NCBI RefSeq assembly: GCF_006345805.1
Contig: NC_043000.1
Location: 105,462,001-105,526,000, forward strand
Length of the DNA stretch: 64,000 nt
Direction: 5' to 3'
Source: Octopus sinensis
Lineage: Eukaryota
Shown: positions 26,699 through 40,450 of the stretch, in pieces
How the letters are laid out: every line of letters starts with the position of its first letter
Position numbering within the stretch: the first letter of the stretch is position 1
Translations under genes and position numbers: made by a program
Notes under the pieces: generated by a model
Told to the model about the DNA's origin: nothing
The model's input: only the letters and a program-made list of their open reading frames with translations
The model's database searches: none

Positions 26699-28231
26699 TA
26701 ATAATAATAGTAATTATTATAAAGTTTAAAGTCATCTGATTGAATGAAGCCTAATTAAATGTTGTTCATAGTTAATAGTGATACCTTGTTTATGCTTGAA
26801 TATGAAAATCGTGTGGAGATATACGATAGCAATGATATTTCCATATTTTGTTGAAGCAACAAGTAAAATAAACTGGAGGGATCGAAAGTCTTTAATCAAT
26901 AGTCTAAAATTGTAATTAGTTTATAATTAAGCTCTCGGTTCACACACACGCGCGCGCATACATATACATATATATATACATAAATATAGCTCATGAATAT
27001 TCTGCTAGTTAAAGTTACAATATATTAGAAGACAGCATTAATTACATGATTTATATGAATACGAAGCAAAAAGTATAAAAAGAAGCAAAAACAGAAATTC
27101 ACTGAACAGACATCGAAATAATGGAAGGCGTGACAAGTAACGAATGACGAGACAGACTTTGAAACCATGGTGGTTACAACAGACAACAATATATTGGAAT
27201 GAGGGGAAAAAAAATAAGAGAAAAATGTGTTGGGTTTTTTTTTAGTATTTTCTTAGTATTTATTATTTCATTGTTTGGCGATTATTTTTTTCAGAAATTA
27301 TCAGTGGATTTTTTTTGTTTTCATTTTTTTTTCTATTTAATTCTGTTTCACTCAATCACTCTTTCAAGCTATCAACCTGTCTTATGCAATATTTGTAAAA
27401 CAAACGCACAGAACAGAGCACATTCATAAAATCTTAAGAGTATAATATTTACATGTTGAAATAGAGCAAACGCTACACGATGCCTTCCTTGACATACGCA
27501 TAAGACCATGGACAAGTAGAACCATTCACAAACATTAAAATGCAGCACACAACAAAGAACATGTTATCCCATTAACATGCCACCCTAAGGCAATAATCAT
27601 AAGGAAGAATTCTTCGAATTTTTCTTTGCTATATCATAATAGTATTTTCATGTTTTACATGTGTTTTATTTGTCATAATGAACTTAAAGAATGAATGAAA
27701 ACTATCCTATAACTTTTATTTTCAAACTTATCTTAAACTAGAAACTGAAGTTCCAAAACAAAATGATGTATTATTTTTTGATATTTTGAAGTAAAATTAC
27801 CTAATTAATAGTTAATTTTTCAAACTTTCAAATTAAAATATAAATTTCTGGAACCCAAGGTTTCATGCTAACGAAATCAGTATTTATTAAATCAGGATTC
27901 AAGTTCCAAATAACGCTCTGCTATTGTATCTCACATTGCACCATTGTAGCCACGTACATAGGGGGCGAAGTCGTTCGGGATTTGAATTCTGATTGAAAAA
28001 ATTACTTTCCTCGTAATAAAATCGTGTGTTGCAGAAATTTAACATAAATTGTTTCAAAAAGATTTGTTTATCCATCTTCCTAGTGCTGAATTTTCCTTTT
28101 TGCAGTTCGTTACTAAAGTGTGTGAACGTATATGTATGTATGTATGTATGTGTGTGTATACATATATACGTATATACATATATATATACATATATACATA
28201 GATACATACATATAAGTATATACACGCACAC

Positions 28232-28308
<77 letters not shown>

Positions 28309-28608
28309 GTGCGTTTGCAAATGCGTGTGTGAGTGCGTGCTTATGTTCGAGTGTGTGTGTGTGTTTGATCAGATCTGTAATTGCAAAGGTTAGGAAGATT
28401 ACTTAGGTAATTAAATTTGCTTGAATCACATAAATAACTAGTTAATGCATACAATACTGGCTCTGATGAATATTATATACAACCCTCGCACACCAGAACT
28501 AATGCATTAGAAAAGTTTGAAAAAGAACATTGAATGAAATGCAAATTTGTGTTTAAAAATTGTAAAAATTGAAAATGTAGGTACATGAAAGTGTGTATCT
28601 ATATATGA

Positions 28609-28694
<86 letters not shown>

Positions 28695-28735
28695 CTAAAA
28701 TGTAACATGGGCAGATCTAATGGGTGTAGAAGAAT

Positions 28736-28770
<35 letters not shown>

Positions 28771-29570
28771 CAAAAGACCGAAACGGGGAATGTATTAAAT
28801 ATATGGTAGAAGGTGGGAAAATAATGGGATGAAAATAAATATGGATGAAAGTTTGTTGAACAATTTTGTAGGGGTGGAGATGATAATGAAGTTTAGTTTA
28901 CATTTGATTCTTAGAATTTTTCTAGCGGTTTATAAAGTTACGAAAGTAAAGTCCCTAAATTTGAAATAGAATATATGTTAGCAACGGATAGTATTTGGTA
29001 GAACTGAGAAAAAAGTGGCATTACAAAGTTAATGTCGAGCTATTTCAGCAGAATATCTAAAAATTAAAAATTTTAATTAATATTTTAAAATGAGAAAATG
29101 TTAGTTATAAAGATGTAAAAAAATTCCAATATTAATAAGCTAGAAAATTTGAAGTTATTTTTAAAGATCTCTACAAAATTTGTATTAGAATAAATATTCA
29201 AATTTTAAATGGGATTAACTGCACAACTTATATATCGAATAGAAATTTATATCAATATTAAAGAGAATAATCATTACTTTATTTTCACATGTTATTTATT
29301 TTCACAAGTTTTCCCTTTATCCACGCATGCATGTGTATGTATGTACGTATGTATACATGTATGTATGTATTTATGTATGTATGTATGTATGTATGTATGT
29401 ATGTATGTATGTATGTATGTACGTATGTATGTATAAGATATGTATACATATATATGTATAATATATATATATACATATATATATATATTTTTATATATAT
29501 ATGTATATATATATGGAGAGAGAGAGAAAGAGAGAGTGATAAACACATATATATGTGTGAGTATATATGT

Positions 29571-29626
<56 letters not shown>

Positions 29627-29829
29627 TATATATATATATATATATATAATGTGTATGTGTTTGTGTGTGTGTTAGTGTGTGTGATATTTCGTTAGAAAAG
29701 CAACGACTACACCAGGATGAAAAAACACCATAGCAGATTGTAAGTGAAGTTAAATTATTAAATAAACACTCACATGCACAAGTGCATGTGTGTTTGTATA
29801 TATATACATATATACAAATATATATATAT

Positions 29830-29944
<115 letters not shown>

Positions 29945-30599
29945 ACATATATGTGTGTATGTATGTCTGTGTGCATTTATATATATGTGTGTGTATACAT
30001 ACATACATACATACACAGACATGCACACTCACACACACACAACTAAAAAAAATCAGAAATAGCCACACTTAGTTGTTTTGCTTTTTCTTTTTTTGCTTTG
30101 TATATTTTTTCCATATTTTACCAATTCTCAAAGAAATGAATCAAACAATCTTATGAAAGAAAACTTTAAATCGTTAGATAAACAAGTTTACAAGAGGAAA
30201 ACCTTTTAATATAGTTGGAGCGTGTGACAGAATTATACTAAACTGTCCGATATGCACCTGCTAGCCATGTTGGTTTCGATTTTTGAACAACGAAAATAAC
30301 GAATTATTTAATGCACGGAAACAATACAAAACTGTTTTGATTTTATCAATATGTTACGCGAGTAACCGGTTTTCGACGGTTTGGCGTTCAGAATATTTCA
30401 GACAATATTTCGGTTAATGGCGACAAAAAACAATTATTTGTTTAATTGTTTATCTCATATGTACATATAGGATTGTTTTATTCATTCCTTTTACTCTTTG
30501 AGAACCGTAAAACATGAAGTTTAAAGTTGCAATTTCTGAAATTTCAGTTCCGAGTTCTTTCTATCCCTGGATTGCTTTGCATTGTTGGTTATTTCTTGC

Positions 30600-30720
<121 letters not shown>

Positions 30721-30727
30721 ATATATA

Positions 30728-30782
<55 letters not shown>

Positions 30783-30812
30783 ATATATATACATATATAT
30801 ATACACATATAT

Positions 30813-30859
<47 letters not shown>

Positions 30860-31019
30860 CACACATATATACATATATATATATATATATATACATACAT
30901 ATATATATACATATATATATGTATACATATATATATATGTATACATATGTGTGTATGTATATATACATACATACATGCATATACGCACACATATGTGTGT
31001 ATATATGTATATATATATG

Positions 31020-31054
<35 letters not shown>

Positions 31055-32189
31055 TACGCATACATATATACATACACACACAAACTCACATACACACACA
31101 CGCGCGCATACACATTACAAATTTGTTAAAGCTGGAGTTGTTAGAATTCAGATATGAACACAATTGGTTTATAGTTGTACGATCATTAAGAAAGAAGAAC
31201 AAGTATATATTAAATGTGTTGCATTTTGTAAATAGAAAAGATTTGGTGCAGAATTAGCAGAGATCTTCCGTAAAACTGCAAAATTTGCTGCAAGACAAAC
31301 TACAAATGGCGTTCTCCATCTGATTGGATTGTTCCTCGACCCCTTCCCATTTTCTAAATCTTTGGTGGCACTTACACTTTGCTAGCTGCTTAGATTGAAT
31401 GTTATTCAATACAAGCGTTCGTGTAAGCGCCACTCGATGTAAAAGTTCCAATCAGTACCCTTGAATGAATGTAAATGTTCAAAAATGTGTCATGTGATGT
31501 GATTGATAATCACCGTGAGAAAATGTTGATAATTAAATGCCATTCGAAGTTAAATGTTCGATTAAACCTCACCTAGTGCGAAGTGTTTATTTTAATCCCG
31601 GTTTATCTTTAAGCACCAACTTCAAGTACTTTTTTTAAGTGCATGAGTTCATCCAAGTAGATGTCATTTAATATAAATGTTCATAAAGAATCACTAAAAA
31701 AAAATCCTCATAAAGTCTTACTCCAGTATGTGTCACTCAGATGAGTGTGAAAGTAAGTGTCACTTGAAATTTGGAAAACGAGAACATATCTCATCGCGAG
31801 CCGCAAAATTCACCGCCAACAGTTCTTCCCCACCCCAAAAAAAATTAGCATTTCTCTCCTTTTCTTTTTCTTTCTCTCTCGTTTCCTTTCTTTCTCTCTT
31901 TCTTCCTTTTCTCTTTCTTCTTTTCTTTCATTCATTCTTTCTTTTCCTACACACATGTTCCCGAAATCCAACAGAGAAATCATCTGTTCATCCAAAATCA
32001 ACAAAATAGAGGCTAGATTATCAGTTCTTCGGAAACCATTAATAATTACACAGATAAATAAGTAGAGTTCGGCTTTCTTTAGGAAAAACAAAGATGTCGA
32101 CGTCATCATTCACAGAGATATCCATAATCCGAATCTGGAGAGGTTCAGGAAAGGGTGAAGTACCAAGTCAAAGAAACCAGTGAAGGGAA

Positions 32190-32221
32190 TCAGGTCGATA
32201 GACTCATTGCTTCCAATAAAT
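32190..32221 (-). CDS. Calmodulin-like protein, last coding exon (DLLEAMSLST*)
   Basis: Acceptor catttcttttctcag. G|AT TTA TTG GAA GCA ATG AGT CTA TCG ACC TGA corresponds to CaM EFVQMMTAK*. Total CDS 76+141+252+32 = 501 nt. Confidence 0.88.
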
Positions 32222-32781
32222 CTGAGAAAAGAAATGTTTAAAGTGGAAATAAGAAACTTAATTAAATCGAGAGAATTTTCATTGAATAACAAAATAAATA
32301 ATTTAAGTTTATTTTTATTTCCTTTTATTTATTTGTTTAGATAAACAGACTGAGTGCAGATGTTGTAGATTGGTTGTCCTAGTCTACCTTGTTGATAAAA
32401 CAATCTCAATTATTATAATTAATAATCTAATGCTTAAAATGACCCCGTTCCTTATTCCTTCTGGGCTGTAGATAACTCAAACAATTTATTCGTTTTTAAA
32501 TGTGATTTGATATGAGACCGTGTATTAAAACTAAAGTAATTGAGAGTGAATGTCAAAATTTTCGTCGCACTCTCTGTGACCAAGGCATTGACAGTTCCTC
32601 TGCAACTGGTCTAAGATAAGACCACATACACAGGTTGTAATGGAAATGTGACAGTGGCCAGGTCGTAGATAGTGTACTACGAAGTTTGGCACTAAATAAT
32701 GCTTGATTTTGTATAATAATAATAATAACAATAATAATAATAATGATGATGATGATGATGATGACAAGAATTAAAACTTAC

Positions 32782-33033
32782 CTTTGACCTCAATAAAGTC
32801 TGTATCTTCAGATTTCGCCTCTTTCAATAATTCTTCGACTTCATCGGGAGCCATTTTGTCCCCGAGAGTCGTCATGAAACGACGGAAATCTTTTATACGA
32901 ATTTTACCGCATCCCGTTTTGTCTAAGACGTTGAAAGCAGCCAGCAGGTCCGTTCTCTCGTGACCTGTCACACAGTCGGCGCTTCTTCTGGCCACGTAAC
33001 GTTCCAGGTCCCAGAGATATACTTCACCTTTCC
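32782..33033 (-). CDS. Calmodulin-like protein, coding exon 3 (GKGEVYLWDLERY...AAFNVLDKTGCGKI...MTTLGDKMAPDEVEELL...DFIEVK)
   Basis: Acceptor tttctttctttcaatatctag and donor G|GTAAGT. 252 nt, phase 1-1. Matches CaM/light-chain AFRVFDKDGNG and TNLGEKLTDEEV motifs. Confidence 0.93.
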
Positions 33034-33199
33034 CTAGATATTGAAAGAAAGAAAAAAGAAGATTATACACAGGAATTATATATATAAAATAAGGATGCTA
33101 GAGATAGAACAAACTGAAAGTACACCAATAGTTATAGTTAAGTACACCAATAGTTATAGAGTCACGACACTAGATCGTATCACCTTCTCATCACCAAGA

Positions 33200-33850
33200 A
33201 TAGCACAGACCTACAATGCAGGTTCTGTGGAAAGTATGAAGAAAGTAACAACTACACTGTCTCTGGAAGCCAGAAACAGGGGAAGAATGAAAACTCACAC
33301 AGGTATAACAAGACAGTGGCGTACCTGCACGGAAAACTATGCAAGAGTTATAAAATCAAGACGACTGAGAAGCGGTACAATCACTAACGAAATTAATACC
33401 CTAGAAGCAACAATATCACAATCCTTTTGGTCTGTCTAAAATATGTCAGAGAAATAAAAGACAATGATCCCGACTTTGTTATCAAGGATAAAAATTACTG
33501 GAAATGCACACTTATCGATATAGAAACACCATACGAAAGGGACACCTCCGTGGATGTCAAAGAAAAGTTGACCAAGTAAAGAGACCGATAGATCTTTGTT
33601 CGGAGAATAATGACTGAAATAATACTTGTGGTTAATGTTTGACTCTAGAAACCATAAAGAAGTAATCGGAAGTTTTCACCCATCGTTTCCTGGGCAACAT
33701 GAATATGCACAATTCAGAAAATCATCCTATTGGAAACAGCCCACATTTAAAAGAAAGTATTATCAACCAAATCATATCTTCCTTATTGTAGCTCAGGCCC
33801 ATGGTCTAATCTTGGCCGTACAGGATGTAATACGGGAAGCTCAAAACAAC
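33200..33850 (+). mobile_element. Decayed R4/Dong 3' region (zinc knuckle + RLE) in intron 2, antisense to the gene
   Basis: CRFCGKYEES, PDFVIKDKNYWKCTLIDIETPYERDTSVDVKEKLTK, IQKIILLETAHI. Confidence 0.7.
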
Positions 33851-36346
33851 AGCAGTAACCACGACAATGGCAGTGGCGGCGGCGGCGGCGGTGCCCGCTT
33901 CGGCTGATGACGATGAAAACAACGACAGTAATGATGATGATGATTTTATAGACCAATGGGAAATTTCAACAAAATTCTGATTGAATGAGGACAAATATAT
34001 TGAAGAAAGACCATAAAAAGGCTATAAAATAATATAAATGTTTTTTTCTAAGCCAGGCGCACAGGTCAGTGACCTCATGTTAGAGGTATGGTATAGCTGA
34101 TTATATTGACACCACTGTCAAATACTTATGCCATCGACCTCGGAAGAATGACATCCAAAATTGGGAGGAGGTGATGAAGACGTGGACAATTATGATGGAG
34201 ATGGTAGTGCTAATGATGGCTGTAACGTTAGTGATGGTGGTGGTGGTGGTGAAGGTAGAGGTGGTCGTGATGTTAAACGGTTAAAACGGTAGATTTATGA
34301 TTTAAAAGAGTAAAAATTAATATGAAAAAAGTAAGAACATGAAGAATTATGGTAATAGTTGGAGTGGCTATTATGATTCATAAAAAAAAATATGGTAATA
34401 CAAAATAGGAATAACGAATGACTAGGGAGAAAGGAAGATATTTTCGAACCTCTAACACCAACCATCTTGTATTTCTATCTCCATCCGTCTCTCTCACACT
34501 CACGCACACGCGTGCGCACACGCACACACATCTTATTTTTTCCCGTTCTTCAATCACACCAACTCAGAAACTCCCACACTCACGCACACACGCACATACA
34601 ATATTATAGAAACTTTCTTGCAAGGCAAATCGCTTACGTCATAGGTTTCCCCTCACCACCGCCGACAACAACAACGCCACCACCACCACCACCACCAGAA
34701 CTTCCATCAAGCTCTGAAAGCTTTATCTATTTTTATTCTTCTCTCTTTATGGAACATTCCCTTATCAATTGACATATTCACCTCGAGCAGAACGTGTCAT
34801 TTAGCTTCAGGATTTTTTCTTGCATTTTTTTTTTCTTCTGTAACAATAAAATATGTTGGGGAATTTCCATATCTTAGTATCTTTGACATAAAGTATTTTT
34901 ATCTGTCGATTCTCATTGCTGGATTGGCAGCAAGCACGTCGTTCCTTTAACAAACAAAATGTCAATTCTACTTCAGAGGTTTCCTCGCAATAAATAAATA
35001 TATATAAATATACAAATATATATATATATATATATATAATATATATATATATATGCATACATGTATGTGTACATATATGCGTGTTCGCGTATGTGTATGT
35101 ATGTATTCTTGTGCAATGAAAGGTGCAGACAGGCGTACATTTGACATAAAATAAATACATTTTCTTCCTACACCATTTTTAACTTAATGTTTATTTGTCG
35201 TTGTTTTTTACCTACTGGCATTTTGAATCACTATTTAATAGAGAAATAAATCGTTTTCGTATCTAAAATATTCCAAACAAATATCTTCACATAACTCATG
35301 TAAAACAGTTTTATGTATGCGTATCTCTATCTAGAAATTTGCAAATATTTCAGTATTCTATTTTTTATATCGGAATTTTTCAGTCTAATTTTTTGTTTAT
35401 TTATTTATTTACCTAAAAAGAACCAAAAAAAACTTTTCTCAGAAATCGTCCATCTGAAGTTTATTCTGTTTCCTATGTACGTCGTTTGGTTTTAATAGCA
35501 TTGCGCTCCTGCTATTATGTTTTTATTAAGGCTCATCTATTAATGATTACTGCTTCTATTAATAGCCTTGTGTTAATCAGATCTTCACTTACATCCATTA
35601 TCCATCGATTAACAATCATTGCTATCTCCTGATGTACTATTATTCTATTCAATGTTTTCTCATATTAAATATGCAAGCCCTCATAAAACTAAATAACAAA
35701 TCTTATCTGAACAATTCGTTCTATACATTGCTATTTACGCCAGAGAGAACACCTATGGTAACAAACAAAATATTGTACATAAATATAGATTTGGTGATGT
35801 GTAGGATAAAAAACAACCGTCCTAGGGATCGGGTCTATAGTGTCGTTTCTGCTAGTTTTCTTTACCTAGGGTCTATCCTGGCGAAAGCGCTTACTTTACA
35901 TAGTTAGGATCGCATCCAAAGGACTGGCCATTCTTTTCAGGGCTAGAAGATTCTCCAGCCCCCAACCCACCCCCAACAGTACTCCACAAAGCTCAAATGA
36001 GGCTCACAATGGTGTATTACTTTCACATCAGGGTAGCTGCTGCTACTGCTGCATACACAGACAATCGCATTTATGTACCTATATTTTGCGTGTGTATATA
36101 TATATATATATCGGAAAAGACTGACAGTGACTTTGACAAACCTACAACAGTGAAACTTTAGAGTCCTTGTCAATTTATTTTTTGGGTCTAAATATGGATG
36201 TAATATTCTACAGTATATCTTGAGTAATCTTTTCATTCAGTAGTTGACTAGTTTTATATATAACTATACATATATTTATATATATAATACACCGACGCAC
36301 ATATATATAAGTATGTATAACATACATACGCATGAGTGTGTATGTG

Positions 36347-36424
<78 letters not shown>

Positions 36425-36580
36425 ATAAAATATTCGGTTTCTACGTGCCTGACGAGATAAATTCGTTTGACGACCTTACAAAAATTTAAGTTGCATGGAG
36501 CCGAATCAAACTGCTATTAAATAACATAGATAGATAGATAGATAGATAGATAGATTATTTAATAGCAGTTTCATTCGACA

Positions 36581-36667
<87 letters not shown>

Positions 36668-38156
36668 ATATATATATATGTATTATATATGATACATATT
36701 ATCTTATATATTATTTTACATCTATGAATAGCAGGCATAGAGGTAACCTAAGTTAATTGCCTTCTTTTCTTCAGGGACTTTTTCTTTTTCACTTTTTACA
36801 AAACAGTGAAAGAAATTAAAACATGCATGTCATGAGTGTATAAGTGACGTGGACATGTGAGCAAGACATTTGTGAGTAAGACACCAGTGTAACGATGATG
36901 AAATATCAATGAGACATATTGGTGAGACATCAGTGAGACATAAAATATTGATCGGTTATTAGTGAGAAGTTTAAGAAAATATAATATGATGAGTAAAGGG
37001 GAAAAAATGGAATAATATTAAGAAGGTGCCAGAAAGACTTCTCATTTTTCATTCGCTAAATTTTATCCGTGGTAAACGATAAAAGAAAAACAATTAAATG
37101 AAGTTCAAGGAATATTTTTATATTGTGTTCTATTTCTTTTACGTCATCTTTCCCTTTGGAATCTAAATAGGTTTTTCTTTCAGAATATTGTGATACCATC
37201 GCAAATTATATAACTGTATTTCACTCGGTCACTCTCTTTCTCATTGTATGTGTGTGTGTGTCTCTCTCACAAGCACACGTATATGTATATATGTATGTGT
37301 GTATACATCTCTCTCTATATATACGTACATACATGTACACACACAACTCACACACAAACACACATACATACAACCGATTGATATATTTTGTCGGTGAAAT
37401 TTTCTCATTTTATTTTCAGTATATTAATATATATGCAGTGTTATCTGCAATTGTTGTCTCCTTTCCTTCCCTTCTTACACAGTGCTGTGATTTTTAACAA
37501 TGCAGCAGGAGAAATCGTCTGCATCACCCAATTTTCAGCAGATGACGTGGGGGAAGTCAAGAGATTTATGTTGGCGTTCATCACAAGACAGAAACTCTTG
37601 TTACCTACTTGGTATTTCATTGAACTTGCCACTCCGCATATAAAACTGAACAATGAGTAGAACGAGGAGGTAATGGAAAAGGGTGAACCTCGATTGAGAT
37701 GAAAATATCCTAGATACGAGACTAACATGCCGCCAATGGCGACTACTCTGAAAACACTGCCGACACATCATCAGGCGATTTGACGTCATCCTTCAACTGA
37801 CCATATTGTCGTTCTATTCTGCAATAAACGTCTCTAATATTTCTCTCCCCAAAAAGAAACACGCACACACAAAACCTTTCTGCCTTTTCCCCCGTGTTCT
37901 CTCTCTTTCTTTATATAGTATGTAGGTGTAGTGGGTGTACGTACGTATGTGTGTATGTTTTTCGGTGCTTGCGTATAATAAATTAGAAGAACAATGTCTG
38001 TTTATAGACATTTCGATCCCAATAGATATAAATGGTGAGAGTGGCAATAGTGATTATGGTGGTCGTGGCGCTGTTGCTATTGATGATAAGAAAAATATTG
38101 GTGGTTATATCAATGGGAGTGAAGGGCGTGATGATGATGATGATGACGATGATGAC

Positions 38157-38193
<37 letters not shown>

Positions 38194-39009
38194 GTAATGG
38201 TGTTGTCATTGTCGTCGTCATCGTCGTTGGTGATTATGGTGATAATGGTATTGTGATGGTAAGGGGTCTTTATGGTGGTCGTGGTCTTTGTGCGCCAGAT
38301 ATTGTTAGCGTAAGCCATTTTTCCGTTTTCCTTTTTCTGGTGTCCATATCACTGCAATCTTCGCATGCTATGCAACGAGTAGACGAAAAATATGACCTGC
38401 CAGGCGAAACTAACGCAGTTTTACAATACTTTGCAGGCTTAAATAACCAATACTACCATGATTCGTTGAAACAACACAAGAATAATTTTTTCCCGGAATG
38501 CGTTGCAGAATTGACTTTAACTTTCTCCACATCCCTATATTTACGAGCTGTCCCAGATCCGAACGGATACAATTGATTATCGTGGAACTTTGGTGTGTGT
38601 ATGTGTGTGTGAGAAAGAGACATATACACACACATACAAAGAGACATATATACACATACATCGACATAGACACACACATACAAATATATATGTATATGTA
38701 TGAGTGTGTGCATGTGTGTATGAGTTTCAACGGTGCTAAAACTGCAGAGCCAAATCTTATATCCTTATGTCTTAGTCTTGGTATTAAATTTCCTACATTT
38801 TACCACCTACGCACCTTATGTTGTAACAAACATAAAGGACAGATTCTACTTCTACTTTCCCTCTCCCACCTCCTCCTTCATATCTATTATCATAATCATA
38901 TCATTCTTTCTTTTCATCCTCTTCTCTCTCTCAACCAGTTAATAATCATAGGATTTTCCCTTGTTGACCAACCCTTGTATTTTGAATTACCAATTAGTAC
39001 TGATATATA

Positions 39010-39540
39010 TGCATAAAGAACACAATAGATGTAAATGATACAAAAGGCTGTTGAACATGAGAATTATAACAGAATGTACTTCCTCTTTTCAATGCGCTAA
39101 GTATAAAAGAGTAGCGAAGAGAAAAGGTCGCATCCTTGAGGTAAACAAAGAAATAAGATTATAGGAGAAAAATGTTATGTAGACAGCAGGAAAAAAAAAC
39201 AAGGAGGGAGGGATTGTTGATGTTCAAAGAGAATAGCTGAAATTGAAGATCTTTTAAGAGCAGCATAAAACTAGTGTCTGGCTGCCAAGAATCATTAATC
39301 AAGAGATTTGTGATAAACGGCGTAAAGATTGCAAATTGTGAACCAACAAGGTTTCAAGTTTTTGAGATAATTCTGAGTTTTAAATACAAAACTGGATATT
39401 TTGAACAGGAACAAAAAGTTGAGCTCTTCATACACAAGATATTTTGACAATAAATACTATCAAAAAGAAACCACCAAAAAAATAAACAGGGATCTGGAAA
39501 TTAGAGACACAAAATATGGCAGAAGATATCAAATAATGAG
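39010..39540 (+). mobile_element. Highly decayed R4/Dong-like LINE fragment
   Basis: Traces LAAKN (AAQE-like), CKL, QKETTKKINRDLEIR (KE..K..KYxDLEIE). Confidence 0.45.
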
Positions 39541-40094
39541 CAAAAATTTTGAAGGAGAGTCGATTAAATCAACCCAAGAGTTTCACTGCTAGTTTGTTAA
39601 CCTCGAAAGAATGAAAAGCGAGACCAGCTGTGGCCACAGCGGAATTCAAACTCAGAACAAAAAAAAAACTGGAATTAATAATAATGAATACCATATATAA
39701 ATTAATGATAATTGTTCTATTTCGGGACGGTCATTTTTTCTTTTTACGAAATAAACCCACGCACTATATATTTTTTCTTCACCTGTTTATTATTGTTCTT
39801 ATTTTATTATCTTAACTCATATCCATTGTCCGGAAATCTTTCGTCACACATCCGTGACCTCTTCAGCGACACTTTTCGTTTTCGTGTGTGTTCTTGCTCC
39901 ACTCACTCCATTCTGTTTCCGGACAATGAGAACATTTCGTTTCCGGAAAATAAGAACACTAATAAACGAGTGAAGAAAAAATATATAGTGCGAGTGTTGC
40001 TTTGGAAAAAAAATGTTCATCCCGAAATACAACAATGTCTGCTTCAGCACACGCTTTCATGTCAGGAATCTCGCAAAACGAATTGATTAATGAT

Positions 40095-40450
40095 AATTTG
40101 AGGAGAGGCAGATACCATCAATCCCTGTATTTGACTAGTACTTTATTTTAACGATCCCAGAGGTGGAAAAGTCAAAGTTGACCTCTGTAGGAATTGAAGT
40201 CATGACATAAAGAACCGGAATAAATACCACAGAGTATTTTCTCCGACGCTTTGACGATTCTGAAAATCTACCTCCCGAAATAATAATTTCTAAAATGGAC
40301 ACAAAACCACTAATTCGGTGAGAAGGTCTTAATTGATAAAATCGACCCTAATATTTGACTGGTACTTGATGTTATCGATCTCGGAAGGATGACAGGTAAA
40401 GTTAACCTAGTTGAGATATGAAACCAAAATGTAAAGGGCTGGAACTAAAT
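40095..40450 (-). mobile_element. Two tandem degenerate family A SINEs
   Basis: ttgactggtactt..atcgatctcggaaggatgacaggtaaagttaacc motif occurs twice. Confidence 0.7.

Noticed and set aside
32110-32292. 60-aa ORF over the last exon
   Set aside because: Wrong frame. The phase-1 splice gives DLLEAMSLST*, which fits the CaM C-terminal helix.
34782-34837. Possible 56-nt cassette exon (ttgttacag ... GAG|GTGAAT)
   Set aside because: Weak donor, A-run content, frameshifting and no supporting homology.
37935-38576. 213-aa ORF with poly-Asp
   Set aside because: Openness is driven by a (GAT)n/GGT tract. It is antisense within intron 2 and has no recognisable domain.
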